Part shown: piece after piece, positions 8,760 through 18,405 of the stretch
Position numbering within the stretch: the stretch's first letter is position 1
Layout of the letters: each line of letters starts with the position of its first letter
Position numbers and translations under genes: made by a program
Notes under the pieces: generated by a model
What the model saw: only the letters and a program-made list of their open reading frames with translations
The model's database searches: none
Told to the model about the DNA's origin: nothing
From: a virus
IMG/VR virus record: IMGVR_UViG_2029527005_000013
Length of the DNA stretch: 59,146 nucleotides
Reading direction: 5' to 3' (one strand)

Positions 8760-9133
8760 TGGCCTATTCAGAAGATAACGTACCAGACAATCTGCCGGAC
8801 GTTTGCTACAAGATCGCAGACTGGTGGGATGGTCGCAAGTTGCAGCGACGGATTGTGTGTGCCGCCAACCGCTTCCAGTTGAAAGACGGTGGTGTGTTGG
8901 TAATCCCAGGCTCTCGCCACTATTCGAAAGATATGGCTTTGGTTCTGGACCAACTTCGTGATAAAGTGGTAAGCGACCACGTGACTGGAGATGATCAAGG
9001 GTTCATCGACCAGTGGGGCGAGTACCACAATCGGGAAGACGCACTCATCATTGCCACTCACGCCGGACAGATTAACACCGTCCGTAAGAAGGGTGGCCCG
9101 GCGGACGAACTGTTCAGTGAGGATCTTTACTGA
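8759..9133 (+). CDS. Conserved phage hypothetical protein
   Basis: RIVCAANR...RHY...QGFIDQWG...R.DA...LFSEDLY motif common in myoviruses. Confidence 0.75.
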   Translation: MAYSEDNVPDNLPDVCYKIADWWDGRKLQRRIVCAANRFQLKDGGVLVIPGSRHYSKDMALVLDQLRDKVVSDHVTGDDQGFIDQWGEYHNREDALIIATHAGQINTVRKKGGPADELFSEDLY

Positions 9134-9327
9134 TGGAAAGAACAATAACCGTCCCGGCGAACCTGATTGCAGAACTTATGCCGTACCTTGAAGAGGGTAT
9201 GCAGGTAGTGGCTGACCGCATGGGTATGGCGGGCCACACACCATCAGAACAAATGGGTGACGACTATGATCGTCTCGAAACACTGAAATCGATGCTCCAA
9301 GAGGAGGATTACAAATGGAAACCGTAA
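9133..9327 (+). CDS. Hypothetical protein
   Basis: TGATG coupling. Confidence 0.55.
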   Translation: MERTITVPANLIAELMPYLEEGMQVVADRMGMAGHTPSEQMGDDYDRLETLKSMLQEEDYKWKP

Positions 9328-9653
9328 GCATTGAAGTATTCGCGGTAGAGATGTCGAAAGCGGTTGGCTTCCGCAAGATGGAACCGACTGGCCCGGCGGG
9401 CCTTCGCTTTGGCCTGTATCTCCCGGCAAGAAGTGAGTCCCTGATCCGTTATGGTCAGTTGGTGGATATTCTCGATACGCACCTGATCGATAGTCCACTG
9501 TTCCCGTGGAAGATTTCTTATGTCCACATCAACGAAGGCGATTATAAAGAAGATTCGAGCATTCTGCTGGCGCAGTATCTCCCGGAACTTCCTTTGGCGG
9601 CAGACTGCCGGATCAGTTGCCCAGCATCACTAATCTATGGGGCCGGACTATGA
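9315..9653 (+). CDS. Hypothetical protein
   Basis: GGAGG RBS. Confidence 0.55.
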   Translation: METVSIEVFAVEMSKAVGFRKMEPTGPAGLRFGLYLPARSESLIRYGQLVDILDTHLIDSPLFPWKISYVHINEGDYKEDSSILLAQYLPELPLAADCRISCPASLIYGAGL

Positions 9654-9850
9654 AAGCGATAATTGTAGGTGGGTTGTATGTACTGTTCATAATCTTCATT
9701 GCCTGCCTTATTCCGGCGGTGATGATCCCAGTGTTCCAAGACCTTGGTCTATATGCCCGAGATGTCGTTGGGTTTACCCTGGTCATAACGCTTATCGCCG
9801 TGATACTCCTGATGGGGTTCGGGGCATTGATCTGGAGTGTGCTGTCATGA
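9650..9850 (+). CDS. Two-TM membrane protein
   Basis: Two hydrophobic helices; ATGA coupling. Confidence 0.6.
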   Translation: MKAIIVGGLYVLFIIFIACLIPAVMIPVFQDLGLYARDVVGFTLVITLIAVILLMGFGALIWSVLS

Positions 9851-10044
9851 AAGTAATCCACCCACTAACCAGCCAGATGGCCCCGATCCAGCATGTTCTC
9901 CGGGATCTCGCAAGTCAAGAGAACTGCGACGGTGAGCCATACGACCAGATGGTCCAAGCGGCTGACCACATCGACGACCTGGAGTACCGCTTAGAGTTCT
10001 TCCGGGAAAAATACAACCGACTTGCAGGGGAGTTTTGCGTATGA
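9847..10044 (+). CDS. Hypothetical protein
   Basis: GGAG RBS, ATGA coupling. Confidence 0.55.
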   Translation: MKVIHPLTSQMAPIQHVLRDLASQENCDGEPYDQMVQAADHIDDLEYRLEFFREKYNRLAGEFCV

Positions 10045-10592
10045 AAGTGACCGACAAGCACGTGTTCTTCTACTCGTACAAGGACATGTTTAGCAACCAC
10101 TTCCGGTCTGACTATAAGTTCGGTCTGCCAAGCCACGAATTGAAAGGCGCATGGTTCAACACCGGGGAACACATGATGATGTATCAGAAAGCGGAATTGT
10201 TTGGCGATGAAGATATTGCAAAACAGATCCTCTCTGCGTACCATCCGCAAGAAGCGAAGATGCTGGGCCGGAAGGTCAAGGGCTTCGACAACGCCATTTG
10301 GGAAGAGAAGCGTTCCAACATCGTTGAGAACGTCTGCTACTGCCGCCTGGTGTACGACACAACTTTGCGTATCGAGGCGATCCAGCACCGCCTTGCGGGC
10401 CGGGGCTTTGTTGAAGCATCCGACCGCGATCGCACTTGGGGCATTGGCCTCAACGAGGATCATCCGATGATTCACGAAGAAGAGAACTGGCTGGGCCTTA
10501 ACCTTCTCGGAAAGGCTTGGGACCGGGCGACTGACGCCCTCATCAACTGCTGCGGCGGTTATGATCGAGTGAGGAAAGATTTTGAAGATTAA
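10041..10592 (+). CDS. NADAR (YbiA/DUF1768) family hydrolase
   Basis: FSN, EH.MM.QKA.LFGD, AK.LGR.V.GFD, VEAS..DR.WGIG, G.NLLG motifs. Confidence 0.9.
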   Translation: MKVTDKHVFFYSYKDMFSNHFRSDYKFGLPSHELKGAWFNTGEHMMMYQKAELFGDEDIAKQILSAYHPQEAKMLGRKVKGFDNAIWEEKRSNIVENVCYCRLVYDTTLRIEAIQHRLAGRGFVEASDRDRTWGIGLNEDHPMIHEEENWLGLNLLGKAWDRATDALINCCGGYDRVRKDFED

Positions 10593-10744
10593 ACTGGAAG
10601 AAGATTACCCAGAATATGCTTATGGACCGAAAGGTGGGGACATCCTCGAAGTGATCGATATTGATACCGACGAGGGCGGCTACATCTGCTGGTACAAAGG
10701 GCAGAAGCATTTCGTCTACGAATATGAGGTAGAGGAGGAGATCG

Positions 10745-11254
10745 ATGATGACGAAGATTAAGCACGGTATCTGCCTTATTCCTCAGACGGCGTGGGACAA
10801 CAACCTGCGATCGTACCTGACCCAAACGTCATGGGATAAGATCCGCCGCAAATGCTATGCAGAGCACAATTACACGTGCCAGATTTGCGGGGGCCAGGGT
10901 GGCAATGGAAGAAAACACCCGGTTGAGTGTCATGAAAGCTGGACATTCGAGAACGGTGAGGTTAAACTGGTCGGTCTCATGAGCCTGTGTCCGCCTTGCC
11001 ATGAGTTCCATCATCCGGGTCTCGCAGAAAAGAACGGGAAGTTGGAGAGAGCAATCAAGCAATTCATGAAGGTCAATGGGATCACTCGTGATCAGGCCAT
11101 CGACTATCTGAAGGGTGAGTTTGCTCTGTGGCGGCAGCGCAGCCAACAGCAATGGTCGCTTAACATCGACTATCTGAGTGAGTACATGGGGCCGGACTTC
11201 AAGTTCAAGCGCCCCCTCAAGGAAGAAGATAACGATTTCGGCGATGCGTTTTAA
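10745..11254 (+). CDS. HNH endonuclease-like protein
   Basis: WDKIRR..Y....CQICG...ECHE...LCPPCHEFHH. Confidence 0.8.
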   Translation: MMTKIKHGICLIPQTAWDNNLRSYLTQTSWDKIRRKCYAEHNYTCQICGGQGGNGRKHPVECHESWTFENGEVKLVGLMSLCPPCHEFHHPGLAEKNGKLERAIKQFMKVNGITRDQAIDYLKGEFALWRQRSQQQWSLNIDYLSEYMGPDFKFKRPLKEEDNDFGDAF

Positions 11255-11266
11255 TAGGAGGTAGTA

Positions 11267-12379
11267 ATGGGTTACCCGGTAGTGGAGAATTTGAAGGACA
11301 TCGTTACGGATAACGTAGAGATTGCATTGGATCTCGACCAGACGTGTTTCGTTGCGGCGGCGGGAGCAGAGAAGCGTACCATCATCGCAAAGCACATCAA
11401 GTCTGGGCGGGAAATGGAGTTTAAGAACCGGACGGAGTTCTGGGGTAAGCAGAAAACGGTGGTCGGCGGTTGGCTGAAGGACCAGAACACCAACATGGCG
11501 GCAAAGATGGCGTCCGCCGGGCGCGAGTTCGTGCCTTGGGAGCGCGACGACTTCATCATCACGGATAAGCAGGAGCCAGAACCAGTCGAGAACTGCCTGC
11601 ACCTGCTGAAGATTAAGATCAACGCGATCCTTGAGCACATGGAAACGACCAACGGTCTTGGCGTACTGGGCGGTAGCGGTAACTTCCGCCTGGCCCTGCC
11701 GATGCCGGAGATTTACAAAGGGAACCGTGAGGACACCATTCGCCCACTGCTTCTGTCTGAGACCCGCGCTTACGTCCAACGTAAATACGGCGCGATCGTC
11801 ATCGACGGGATCGAGGCGGATGACTTCCTGACGATGAAACAGTTCGAAGGCTGGCAGCACTACAAAAAGACTGGTAAATTCAGTCACATTGTGGCATCCT
11901 TCGACAAAGACCAAGTTCAGTGTCCGGGCCTGATCTTCAACACTATGCGTGACTCAACCGAGCGCGACTGGAAGCATCCGCTTCCGTGGCTCATTGACGA
12001 CTCGATGGGCGAGATCTGGATGGAGAAGGGCAAGGTCAAAGGCTGGGGCCAGAAATTCTTTGGCTACCAGATGTTGTTTGGCGATCAGTCGGATAACGTG
12101 AAGCCGTACCAGAACTTCGATAAGATCCGGTTCGGTGAAACGTCTGCGTTCAAGGTCATCTCTCCTTGTTCAAGCGAGAAGGACATGTGGACGGCGATCG
12201 TCAACCAGTACAAAGAGTGGTTCCCGGACGGTGTTGAGTTTGTTGACCACACGGGTGTTGAGCGTAAGTTCAGTGCCGGGCAGTGGGCGTCGGTAATCTT
12301 CCAAGCTGTCTACATGAAGCGGACGCCGAACGACAACACGACTCTGGGCCATGTATTGCGTAATGCGGGGGTTGTTTAA
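11267..12379 (+). CDS. 5'-3' exonuclease / RNase H (FEN-like)
   Basis: DLD, NFR...YKGNR, GIEADD, DKD, GDQSDNV motifs. Confidence 0.85.
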   Translation: MGYPVVENLKDIVTDNVEIALDLDQTCFVAAAGAEKRTIIAKHIKSGREMEFKNRTEFWGKQKTVVGGWLKDQNTNMAAKMASAGREFVPWERDDFIITDKQEPEPVENCLHLLKIKINAILEHMETTNGLGVLGGSGNFRLALPMPEIYKGNREDTIRPLLLSETRAYVQRKYGAIVIDGIEADDFLTMKQFEGWQHYKKTGKFSHIVASFDKDQVQCPGLIFNTMRDSTERDWKHPLPWLIDDSMGEIWMEKGKVKGWGQKFFGYQMLFGDQSDNVKPYQNFDKIRFGETSAFKVISPCSSEKDMWTAIVNQYKEWFPDGVEFVDHTGVERKFSAGQWASVIFQAVYMKRTPNDNTTLGHVLRNAGVV

Positions 12380-12681
12380 TGTCAGCAAGGGCTTTCGATG
12401 AGTCCCTCGAAGACATGATGAAGGCCGATGCGCTTCGGGCAGCGTTTATGCCCGATTCTGCAAAGAACTTTTATCTGATCGAGGAGCCGTGGACGATGGT
12501 GCAGGAACCCTGGCGCTGCCAGTGGTTCGATAAGCGCACCCGTTCTCTGTGTGAGGTTTACGCCGTGGGTAACCCGGAGCAGGGCGAGAAGTACGCCATG
12601 TTCACCGTGTATACCGCCGACGAGGAAGTCAAGAACTACGTCTTCCTTATGGACCAGTACCATTTTGTTGAGGAAAAATAA
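12379..12681 (+). CDS. Hypothetical protein
   Basis: TAATG coupling on both sides. Confidence 0.6.
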   Translation: MSARAFDESLEDMMKADALRAAFMPDSAKNFYLIEEPWTMVQEPWRCQWFDKRTRSLCEVYAVGNPEQGEKYAMFTVYTADEEVKNYVFLMDQYHFVEEK

Positions 12682-13304
12682 TGCGTCTTCTGACGATTGA
12701 CCAGAGTATGGCTTCGTGTGCGTATGTCGTTCTGGATGATGGTGTGCCGATCTTCAAGGAGGTCCTGCATACCACAGGATCGGATAAGAAGGCTGCAACA
12801 TCCTCGGCATGGTGCCTGTTCTTCAAGCACCCGGCAGAACAGATCGCATACATCTCCAGAAAGATTGCGGATGTGTGCGAGTCGTTTGAAGTTGACCATA
12901 TCGTACTGGAGTCACTGAGCTTCGGCTCTGCTGGCAACGCAACCCGTGACCTGGCTGGATTATTTTTCGGAATCCAGTTGACTCTCTTGAGAGACGGGTA
13001 TAGTATGGACAACATCCACACCGTCGCACCGACTTCTGTTAAGTCTTGGGCGCGTAAGTGGCTTCCGGGCGAGGAGCAGGAAGTCATGAATGCCAAGGGC
13101 ACCAAGATGGACAAGGTGAAGATGGGTAAAAACGAAATGATGCGTGTCTGCGAGATCCTGCATCCCGGCTTCTTGAACGGTTACACCAAATCAGGAAAGA
13201 ATGGGGGAGCGACTGACCTCGCTGACGCCATCCTGATTGGAGGGTGTTTCCTTGAGAGAAAGGGAGAAGGACTGGGATTCAATCTTAAAGGTAGCAAAGC
13301 GTAA
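12681..13304 (+). CDS. RuvC-like Holliday junction resolvase
   Basis: LLTIDQS, IVLESLSFG, APTSVK, DLADA RNase-H-fold acidic residues. Confidence 0.75.
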   Translation: MRLLTIDQSMASCAYVVLDDGVPIFKEVLHTTGSDKKAATSSAWCLFFKHPAEQIAYISRKIADVCESFEVDHIVLESLSFGSAGNATRDLAGLFFGIQLTLLRDGYSMDNIHTVAPTSVKSWARKWLPGEEQEVMNAKGTKMDKVKMGKNEMMRVCEILHPGFLNGYTKSGKNGGATDLADAILIGGCFLERKGEGLGFNLKGSKA

Positions 13305-13971
13305 GGTATTGCTCTGTGCCGATAAGTGGGACCGAGACGATTGGTTAAATGCTCTTGCGAGGGCGCTGGCGCGTGATGAGTCGTATGACTACAAGCGCCG
13401 ATCCGCCCACTTTGAGCTTCTCGTTGATGATTTGGCCTTGGGCGTACAGTTCTTGGTCATAACCGTCAACGTTAACCAGTGGTCCTGGCCCAACAAGACA
13501 CGGGGACTTATCTATGATGAGATCCTCGTGACAGGACGGGCAGAAAAGGCGATGGAGAGTCGAGAGGATCTTCCGTCTGCACTTGGAGCCGCCCGGAGGA
13601 CTGGCAATGTCGGCGACAACGCTTTGTTCTATCTGACGCAGAATGATGCTCAGATCAGGGAAGGTCTCGGCGGAGATTTGTCGGAGATTGTCGGAAGAAA
13701 AGACGGATCAATGTCGGAATATTTCGACTTCCCAACCAGCCTCTTCCGCCGGGGAATGCTTCAATACTTCGAGGTCCCGGAGTTCCCTACCCGAGAAGAG
13801 TTCCTCATGGCATTGATGATGGAGAATGTGAATGGCAGTACGGCCCGCGAGAAGGCGGCGATCGAAGCGGCCCAGCTTCACGTCCAAGGTAAAGGCGACA
13901 ACGCCGATCAGGGTGCCTCTGAACAAGGCCCTATGGGTATCTGGCTCAAAGAGTATTGCATCGTACCGTGA
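13237..13971 (+). CDS. Hypothetical protein (start uncertain)
   Basis: Long ORF filling the gap between the resolvase genes. Confidence 0.55.
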   Translation: MEGVSLREREKDWDSILKVAKRKVLLCADKWDRDDWLNALARALARDESYDYKRRSAHFELLVDDLALGVQFLVITVNVNQWSWPNKTRGLIYDEILVTGRAEKAMESREDLPSALGAARRTGNVGDNALFYLTQNDAQIREGLGGDLSEIVGRKDGSMSEYFDFPTSLFRRGMLQYFEVPEFPTREEFLMALMMENVNGSTAREKAAIEAAQLHVQGKGDNADQGASEQGPMGIWLKEYCIVP

Positions 13972-14401
13972 CGAGCTTTTAAAGGCGCAGGGCGGCGTGT
14001 GCGCTATTCTCGGAGAACCAATGGACGATCCATGCTTGGACCATGACCACTTTGACGGTAAATGCCGGGGTGTGATTGGTTCAACACTCAACTTGTTTGA
14101 GGGCCAGGTGCAAAAGCTGTGGTCTAAGCACATGGAAGGTAAAACAGGGTTGACAATGAGTGAGACCCTGCGTAGAATGGCTGACTACCTTGAAGGTGAT
14201 AAGTCAGACATGAAGTTCCACGGGGAAATCGTGGCAGACTTGAAAAAGTCCCTGAAAAGGTGGACAAAGGAAACCATCGCACGGAACGGCTACCTGAACT
14301 TTGGTATCGTTATCGACGAAAGCCAGGACAAGGGCGTGATGATTACGATCTACGTCACGGAATTTGTCCGTAAGCTGGAGGAAAGCTATCTGTATGAGTA
14401 A
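13832..14401 (+). CDS. Endonuclease VII-like resolvase
   Basis: Q.G.CAI...LDHDH..G.CRG......N..EG EndoVII motif. Confidence 0.85.
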   Translation: MAVRPARRRRSKRPSFTSKVKATTPIRVPLNKALWVSGSKSIASYRDELLKAQGGVCAILGEPMDDPCLDHDHFDGKCRGVIGSTLNLFEGQVQKLWSKHMEGKTGLTMSETLRRMADYLEGDKSDMKFHGEIVADLKKSLKRWTKETIARNGYLNFGIVIDESQDKGVMITIYVTEFVRKLEESYLYE

Positions 14402-14627
14402 GATCGACAGGAGTTTGTACTCGGGGATGGACTCCCCACACATTCGGTTCTTCTACCGTAACTGGAAGGGTGAATGCGGTTATCGGACCATTGAGGGCGC
14501 TCCTATGTTTTGGTACGGGGAAAGCGAGTACCATAAAGGTGCCCAGTGGTTCATCAAGGCATACGATGTTGATAAGAAAGACATTCGTGATTTTGCCGTG
14601 GTAGACATTATCGAATTTTGTAAGTAA
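14394..14627 (+). CDS. Stand-alone WYL-domain protein
   Basis: FFYRNWKGE..YR.I...W...AYD..K...RDF....I. Confidence 0.65.
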   Translation: MSKIDRSLYSGMDSPHIRFFYRNWKGECGYRTIEGAPMFWYGESEYHKGAQWFIKAYDVDKKDIRDFAVVDIIEFCK

Positions 14628-14642
14628 AACAGGAGATTTATT

Positions 14643-15725
14643 TTGGCTAATGTGACTTTTACTGTTGAACAGGTTATGGCTCTGATGAAGGGTGGTTTGT
14701 CCCAGCGTGAGGTAGCCCGTCAACTGGGCAAGGAATCTCAAGAGTCAACTGTTCGTAACATGCTGAAGCGCGAACTCGAATCTCGCAACCTGGATTCTGT
14801 CCAAGAGTTGATTGATAGCATCCCAACGCCGGATGAGTACGCTGACTTCATGCAAGAGCAAGTCAACGGCGGTAAGACGCTGGCGGAGATCCAGCAGACC
14901 TTTATCGAAAAGGTTAAGGAAAACAACCCGGGCGCGAAGATCTTCTTGGGCGACGTTGAGACGTCTTACACGATCTCTTATCACTTCGGGCGCTTCAAGC
15001 AGTTTATTTCTCCGAAGCAGGTGATCCAAGAGCCGTACATGCTGACCTTCGCCGGGAAGTGGTTGCATAACCCGTCGATCTTCAGCCGTAAACTGCCGGA
15101 CTACCCGGAAGAATTTGCCCGCGACTTCAAGTCCGATCGCAAGCTGATCGAAGATCTGTGGCAAGTTCTGGACGAGTGTGACGTGTTTGTTGCACACAAT
15201 GCTCGCTTCGACCGTGGTTGGGCAAACCAGCGCTTCGCATACTACGGTATGCAGCCGCCAAGCCCATACATCACGATCGATACCCTCGCGGGTCTGAAGG
15301 AGGCATTCTCTCTTCCTTCCAATTCGCTGGAAGCGGCATGTAACTATTTCGAACTGGATAGCCGTAAACTGTCCAACGGCGGGGCCGAACTGTGGCGTCG
15401 TTGCATGGAAGGTGACCCGGAGGCGTTCGATGAAATGGAATCGTACAACATTGGCGACATCCCTACGCTGGAAGAACTGTACCTGACTGTTCGTCCGTAC
15501 ATGCGTAAGCACCCGAACCTGGCGCTGTTCCACCCGGATCAGTCTGTCATGCGCTGTGTGCGTTGTGGTTCCGATGACTTGGTGGAGGAGAAAGGCAAAT
15601 CAGCCCACACCTACCTGTCCAAGTTCAAGGTGTACCGTTGTCAGGAATGCGGGTCTTGTGCTCGTGACCGCCAGAACGTTCGTGAGAAGGCAGCGATGAA
15701 GAAAACGCTGGCGAACATTCTGTAA
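14643..15725 (+). CDS. DnaQ/RNase H-like 3'-5' exonuclease with N-terminal HTH and C-terminal Zn ribbon
   Basis: DVET, AHNARFD, IDTL, YNIGD exo motifs; CxxC...CxxC; TTG start with AGGAG. Confidence 0.8.
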   Translation: MANVTFTVEQVMALMKGGLSQREVARQLGKESQESTVRNMLKRELESRNLDSVQELIDSIPTPDEYADFMQEQVNGGKTLAEIQQTFIEKVKENNPGAKIFLGDVETSYTISYHFGRFKQFISPKQVIQEPYMLTFAGKWLHNPSIFSRKLPDYPEEFARDFKSDRKLIEDLWQVLDECDVFVAHNARFDRGWANQRFAYYGMQPPSPYITIDTLAGLKEAFSLPSNSLEAACNYFELDSRKLSNGGAELWRRCMEGDPEAFDEMESYNIGDIPTLEELYLTVRPYMRKHPNLALFHPDQSVMRCVRCGSDDLVEEKGKSAHTYLSKFKVYRCQECGSCARDRQNVREKAAMKKTLANIL

Positions 15726-15730
15726 TTTTA

Positions 15731-15759
15731 AGCCGCCCTTCGGGGCGGTTTTTCTTTTT
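15731..15759 (+). terminator. Rho-independent terminator
   Basis: GCCGCCC-TTCG-GGGCGGT + T tract. Confidence 0.9.
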
Positions 15760-15785
15760 GACTTTCTGGAAATTTTAGGTATACT
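15758..15785 (+). promoter_or_regulatory. sigma70-like promoter, 16-bp-spacer class
   Basis: TTGACT-16-TATACT. Confidence 0.65.
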
Positions 15786-15811
15786 GGCATTGTCTTTTAG
15801 AGGAGAGTATC

Positions 15812-16468
15812 GTGATCCTGATTAACTTGAACGCCCCGGCTGGCGCTGGCAAAGATGCACTGTGCGAAGAGATCGAGCAGTACGTCAACACTCCGGGTTA
15901 TGAAGTCATCCACATGGAGTTCAAAGAGCTTCTGTTTGACATCGCTATCCGGGCATCCGGCGTAAGCCGTAAGCTGTGGTTTGCTCTGTATGAGCGTGAG
16001 TACAAAGAAAAGCCGTGTCCGTATTTGCAGATCAACGGCGTGAACGTCAGCCCTCGTGATTGGATGATCCACTGTTCCGAGAACATCATGAAGCCGACTT
16101 TTGGCAATGATGTGTTCGGCAAGGCATTCGCTTCGAAGCTGAAAAAGATCAAGGACGAGGAGCCGGAAGGTATCCATCGCATCGTTGTGGTAAGTGATGG
16201 CGGATTCATTGAAGAATCCATCCCGGTTGTTGAGGTGGTAGGCCCGGACAATTACTTCCTGTGCCGAATCCATCGCATCAAGAAAGATGGTTCTGCGTAC
16301 AACTTCGATGGTGACTCCCGCCGCTACATCAGCGCCGACGAGTTCCCGGCGGATCTTCGTCCACATGAGACGGACATCCTGAACGAAGAAGGTGACCTGA
16401 GCGGCACCGTGGTTAAGATTTTCGATTTCGTACAAGACATTAAAGGAGCCGGATTATATGGTAAGTAA
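15812..16468 (+). CDS. Deoxynucleoside monophosphate kinase
   Basis: N-terminal P-loop NAPAGAGKD; SPRD, VVSDGGF, DSR. Confidence 0.75.
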   Translation: MILINLNAPAGAGKDALCEEIEQYVNTPGYEVIHMEFKELLFDIAIRASGVSRKLWFALYEREYKEKPCPYLQINGVNVSPRDWMIHCSENIMKPTFGNDVFGKAFASKLKKIKDEEPEGIHRIVVVSDGGFIEESIPVVEVVGPDNYFLCRIHRIKKDGSAYNFDGDSRRYISADEFPADLRPHETDILNEEGDLSGTVVKIFDFVQDIKGAGLYGK

Positions 16469-17072
16469 GACCAAAACCCCAATTCTGATCGATGTGGACC
16501 TGACCTTCGTTGACTCCGGCTGGCCTTGGCTTGACTGGATGGTAGATGTCTACCAGTGCGACCCCGATGCACAGGCGATGCAAAAGGATCGTCACGAGAT
16601 CGGGCTGTATAACTACAATCTGTCGAAGTATTTTCCGAACCGCTGTAAGGAAGCTATTCCTCCGTATGAGTTCTGGGAAGACCCGCACCTGTACGACAAA
16701 CTGAAGCCGCTGCCGGGCGCTGTCGATGCTGTTCGCCGACTGCACGAAGCCGGGCATCCGATTCGCTTCGTGTCTTACTGCAAGAAGGGCCACTTCAGCA
16801 GCAAGGTGCGATTCCTGAAGCGCCATTGTCCATTCTTGGATCTGGATGGTGGTTCTGACGGCTCTGGGTTCTATGCGACGAAAGTAAAGGCCGGGGTGGC
16901 TGGCGGTGTGATCATTGACGACCGTCACCAGTTCCTGAACCAGTTTGCGGATGATGTGATCAAAATCAAATTTGACACGCCATTCACTCAGGATGAGGCA
17001 CCTCGTACTCAGTACGACCTGACATCCTCTGACTGGAATGTCATCGCTGAGTGGTTGCTGGAAACCCTGTAA
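16458..17072 (+). CDS. HAD-family 5'(3')-deoxyribonucleotidase
   Basis: DVDLT motif I, PLPGA, IIDDR motif IV. Confidence 0.8.
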   Translation: MVSKTKTPILIDVDLTFVDSGWPWLDWMVDVYQCDPDAQAMQKDRHEIGLYNYNLSKYFPNRCKEAIPPYEFWEDPHLYDKLKPLPGAVDAVRRLHEAGHPIRFVSYCKKGHFSSKVRFLKRHCPFLDLDGGSDGSGFYATKVKAGVAGGVIIDDRHQFLNQFADDVIKIKFDTPFTQDEAPRTQYDLTSSDWNVIAEWLLETL

Positions 17073-17257
17073 TGCGTTGCGGGAAAGGCAGGTGGGTCGT
17101 CAGGTATGGTGACCACACTGAAGTGTATTCCGAGGAGACTGGCGACCTCCTCGCTTCTTTCAGGGTGCCAAAGGACATGTGCAAGGAAATGTTTGACATG
17201 TACTTAGCCGTCCGGCACAATGTTGTTGTTCCTTACCGTTTGCGTAAGTTGAAGTAA
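17072..17257 (+). CDS. Hypothetical protein
   Basis: TAATG coupling. Confidence 0.45.
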   Translation: MRCGKGRWVVRYGDHTEVYSEETGDLLASFRVPKDMCKEMFDMYLAVRHNVVVPYRLRKLK

Positions 17258-17271
17258 TTAGAGGAGATTTT

Positions 17272-18321
17272 ATGGGTCAGGTATTTAGTGGTCGTGGTGG
17301 CATCAAAGTTCAGATCATCGCAGATTCCGTTGGGCAGCAGGGTGGTCGCATCACGACTTTTGAATTGACTTATCCACGCATCATTCACAGTGAGTTCATG
17401 ACTCACCGTCTGTTCAGCCGAAACGCGATGTCATCCCGCGCCGTGCCGATCAAGAAGATGGTTGAACTGGTCAGGACCAACATGGCGATGCCTGTCCGAT
17501 TCGGTGCCAACCAGGCGGGGATGCAGGACAAGGGTGTTGAGCATGATGCTTTGGTTTACCTGCCGCAGTACGAGCAGGGGATGACCGGGCGCGACGCTTG
17601 GGCCGAGGCGGCTGACCGCGCCTGCGAGGTTGCTCTGGCTATCGATGCCGCTGGGTATCATAAGCAGATCGCTAATCGTCTGATCGAACCGTTCCAGATG
17701 ATGAAGACCGTAATGACCACAACGGAAATGGAAAACTTCCTGTGGCTGCGTGTCGATGCAGACGCCGACCCGACGATCGAAGTTCTGGCTAACCTGATGA
17801 AGGAAGCGTTGGACAATTCCGACCCTGAGTGGCTGCAACCGGGAACCTGGCACACGCCGTATGTGGACCACGTGTACGGCTTCGGGCCGGAGGGTGACGC
17901 CCACATCTTCGAAGGCTACTGCGTTCTTGATGAGAACGATCGTCCGGTAATGCTGACTGAGGAAGAGGCTTTACGTATCTCTGCATCCTGTTGCGGACAG
18001 GTTAGCTATCGTCGCTTAGACAGCACCAAGGACAAGGCGCTGGACATCTACACCCGTCTGGTTGCCGGGAAGAAGGTTCATGCTTCTCCGTTCGAGCATC
18101 AGGCGGTGGAAATGGAAGAAACGATCGAAGATTGCGAGTACCCGGAGAGTCAGTTACTGAATGCCGCATGGTGCCCGTCTTCTTGGGAGAAAGGGATCAC
18201 TCACGTGGACCGTGAAGGTAACTTCTGGTCAGGCAATTTCAAGGGCTTTATCCAGCATCGCCAATTAATTCCGGGCCATGTTGCTGTTGGTGGCTACAAC
18301 CTGAGTAATTTTGCGAAATAA
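17272..18321 (+). CDS. thyX: Flavin-dependent thymidylate synthase
   Basis: THRLFSRNAMSSR ThyX motif; HKQIANRL.EP, HASPFEH. Confidence 0.88.
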   Translation: MGQVFSGRGGIKVQIIADSVGQQGGRITTFELTYPRIIHSEFMTHRLFSRNAMSSRAVPIKKMVELVRTNMAMPVRFGANQAGMQDKGVEHDALVYLPQYEQGMTGRDAWAEAADRACEVALAIDAAGYHKQIANRLIEPFQMMKTVMTTTEMENFLWLRVDADADPTIEVLANLMKEALDNSDPEWLQPGTWHTPYVDHVYGFGPEGDAHIFEGYCVLDENDRPVMLTEEEALRISASCCGQVSYRRLDSTKDKALDIYTRLVAGKKVHASPFEHQAVEMEETIEDCEYPESQLLNAAWCPSSWEKGITHVDREGNFWSGNFKGFIQHRQLIPGHVAVGGYNLSNFAK

Positions 18322-18322
18322 T

Positions 18323-18351
18323 TTGACAAAGCGGCTACCCTAGCCTATTCT
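18323..18351 (+). promoter_or_regulatory. sigma70 promoter
   Basis: TTGACA-17-TATTCT. Confidence 0.6.
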
Positions 18352-18405
18352 GATATGACCGGGGTAACTTGCCCCGGGAATCTTTTGTACGAGGAGAAGT
18401 AATAA

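Noticed and set aside
10745-11254. HNH gene as a mobile homing element
   Set aside because: It sits in operon context with typical codon usage, interrupts no gene and has no flanking repeats; mobility cannot be supported.
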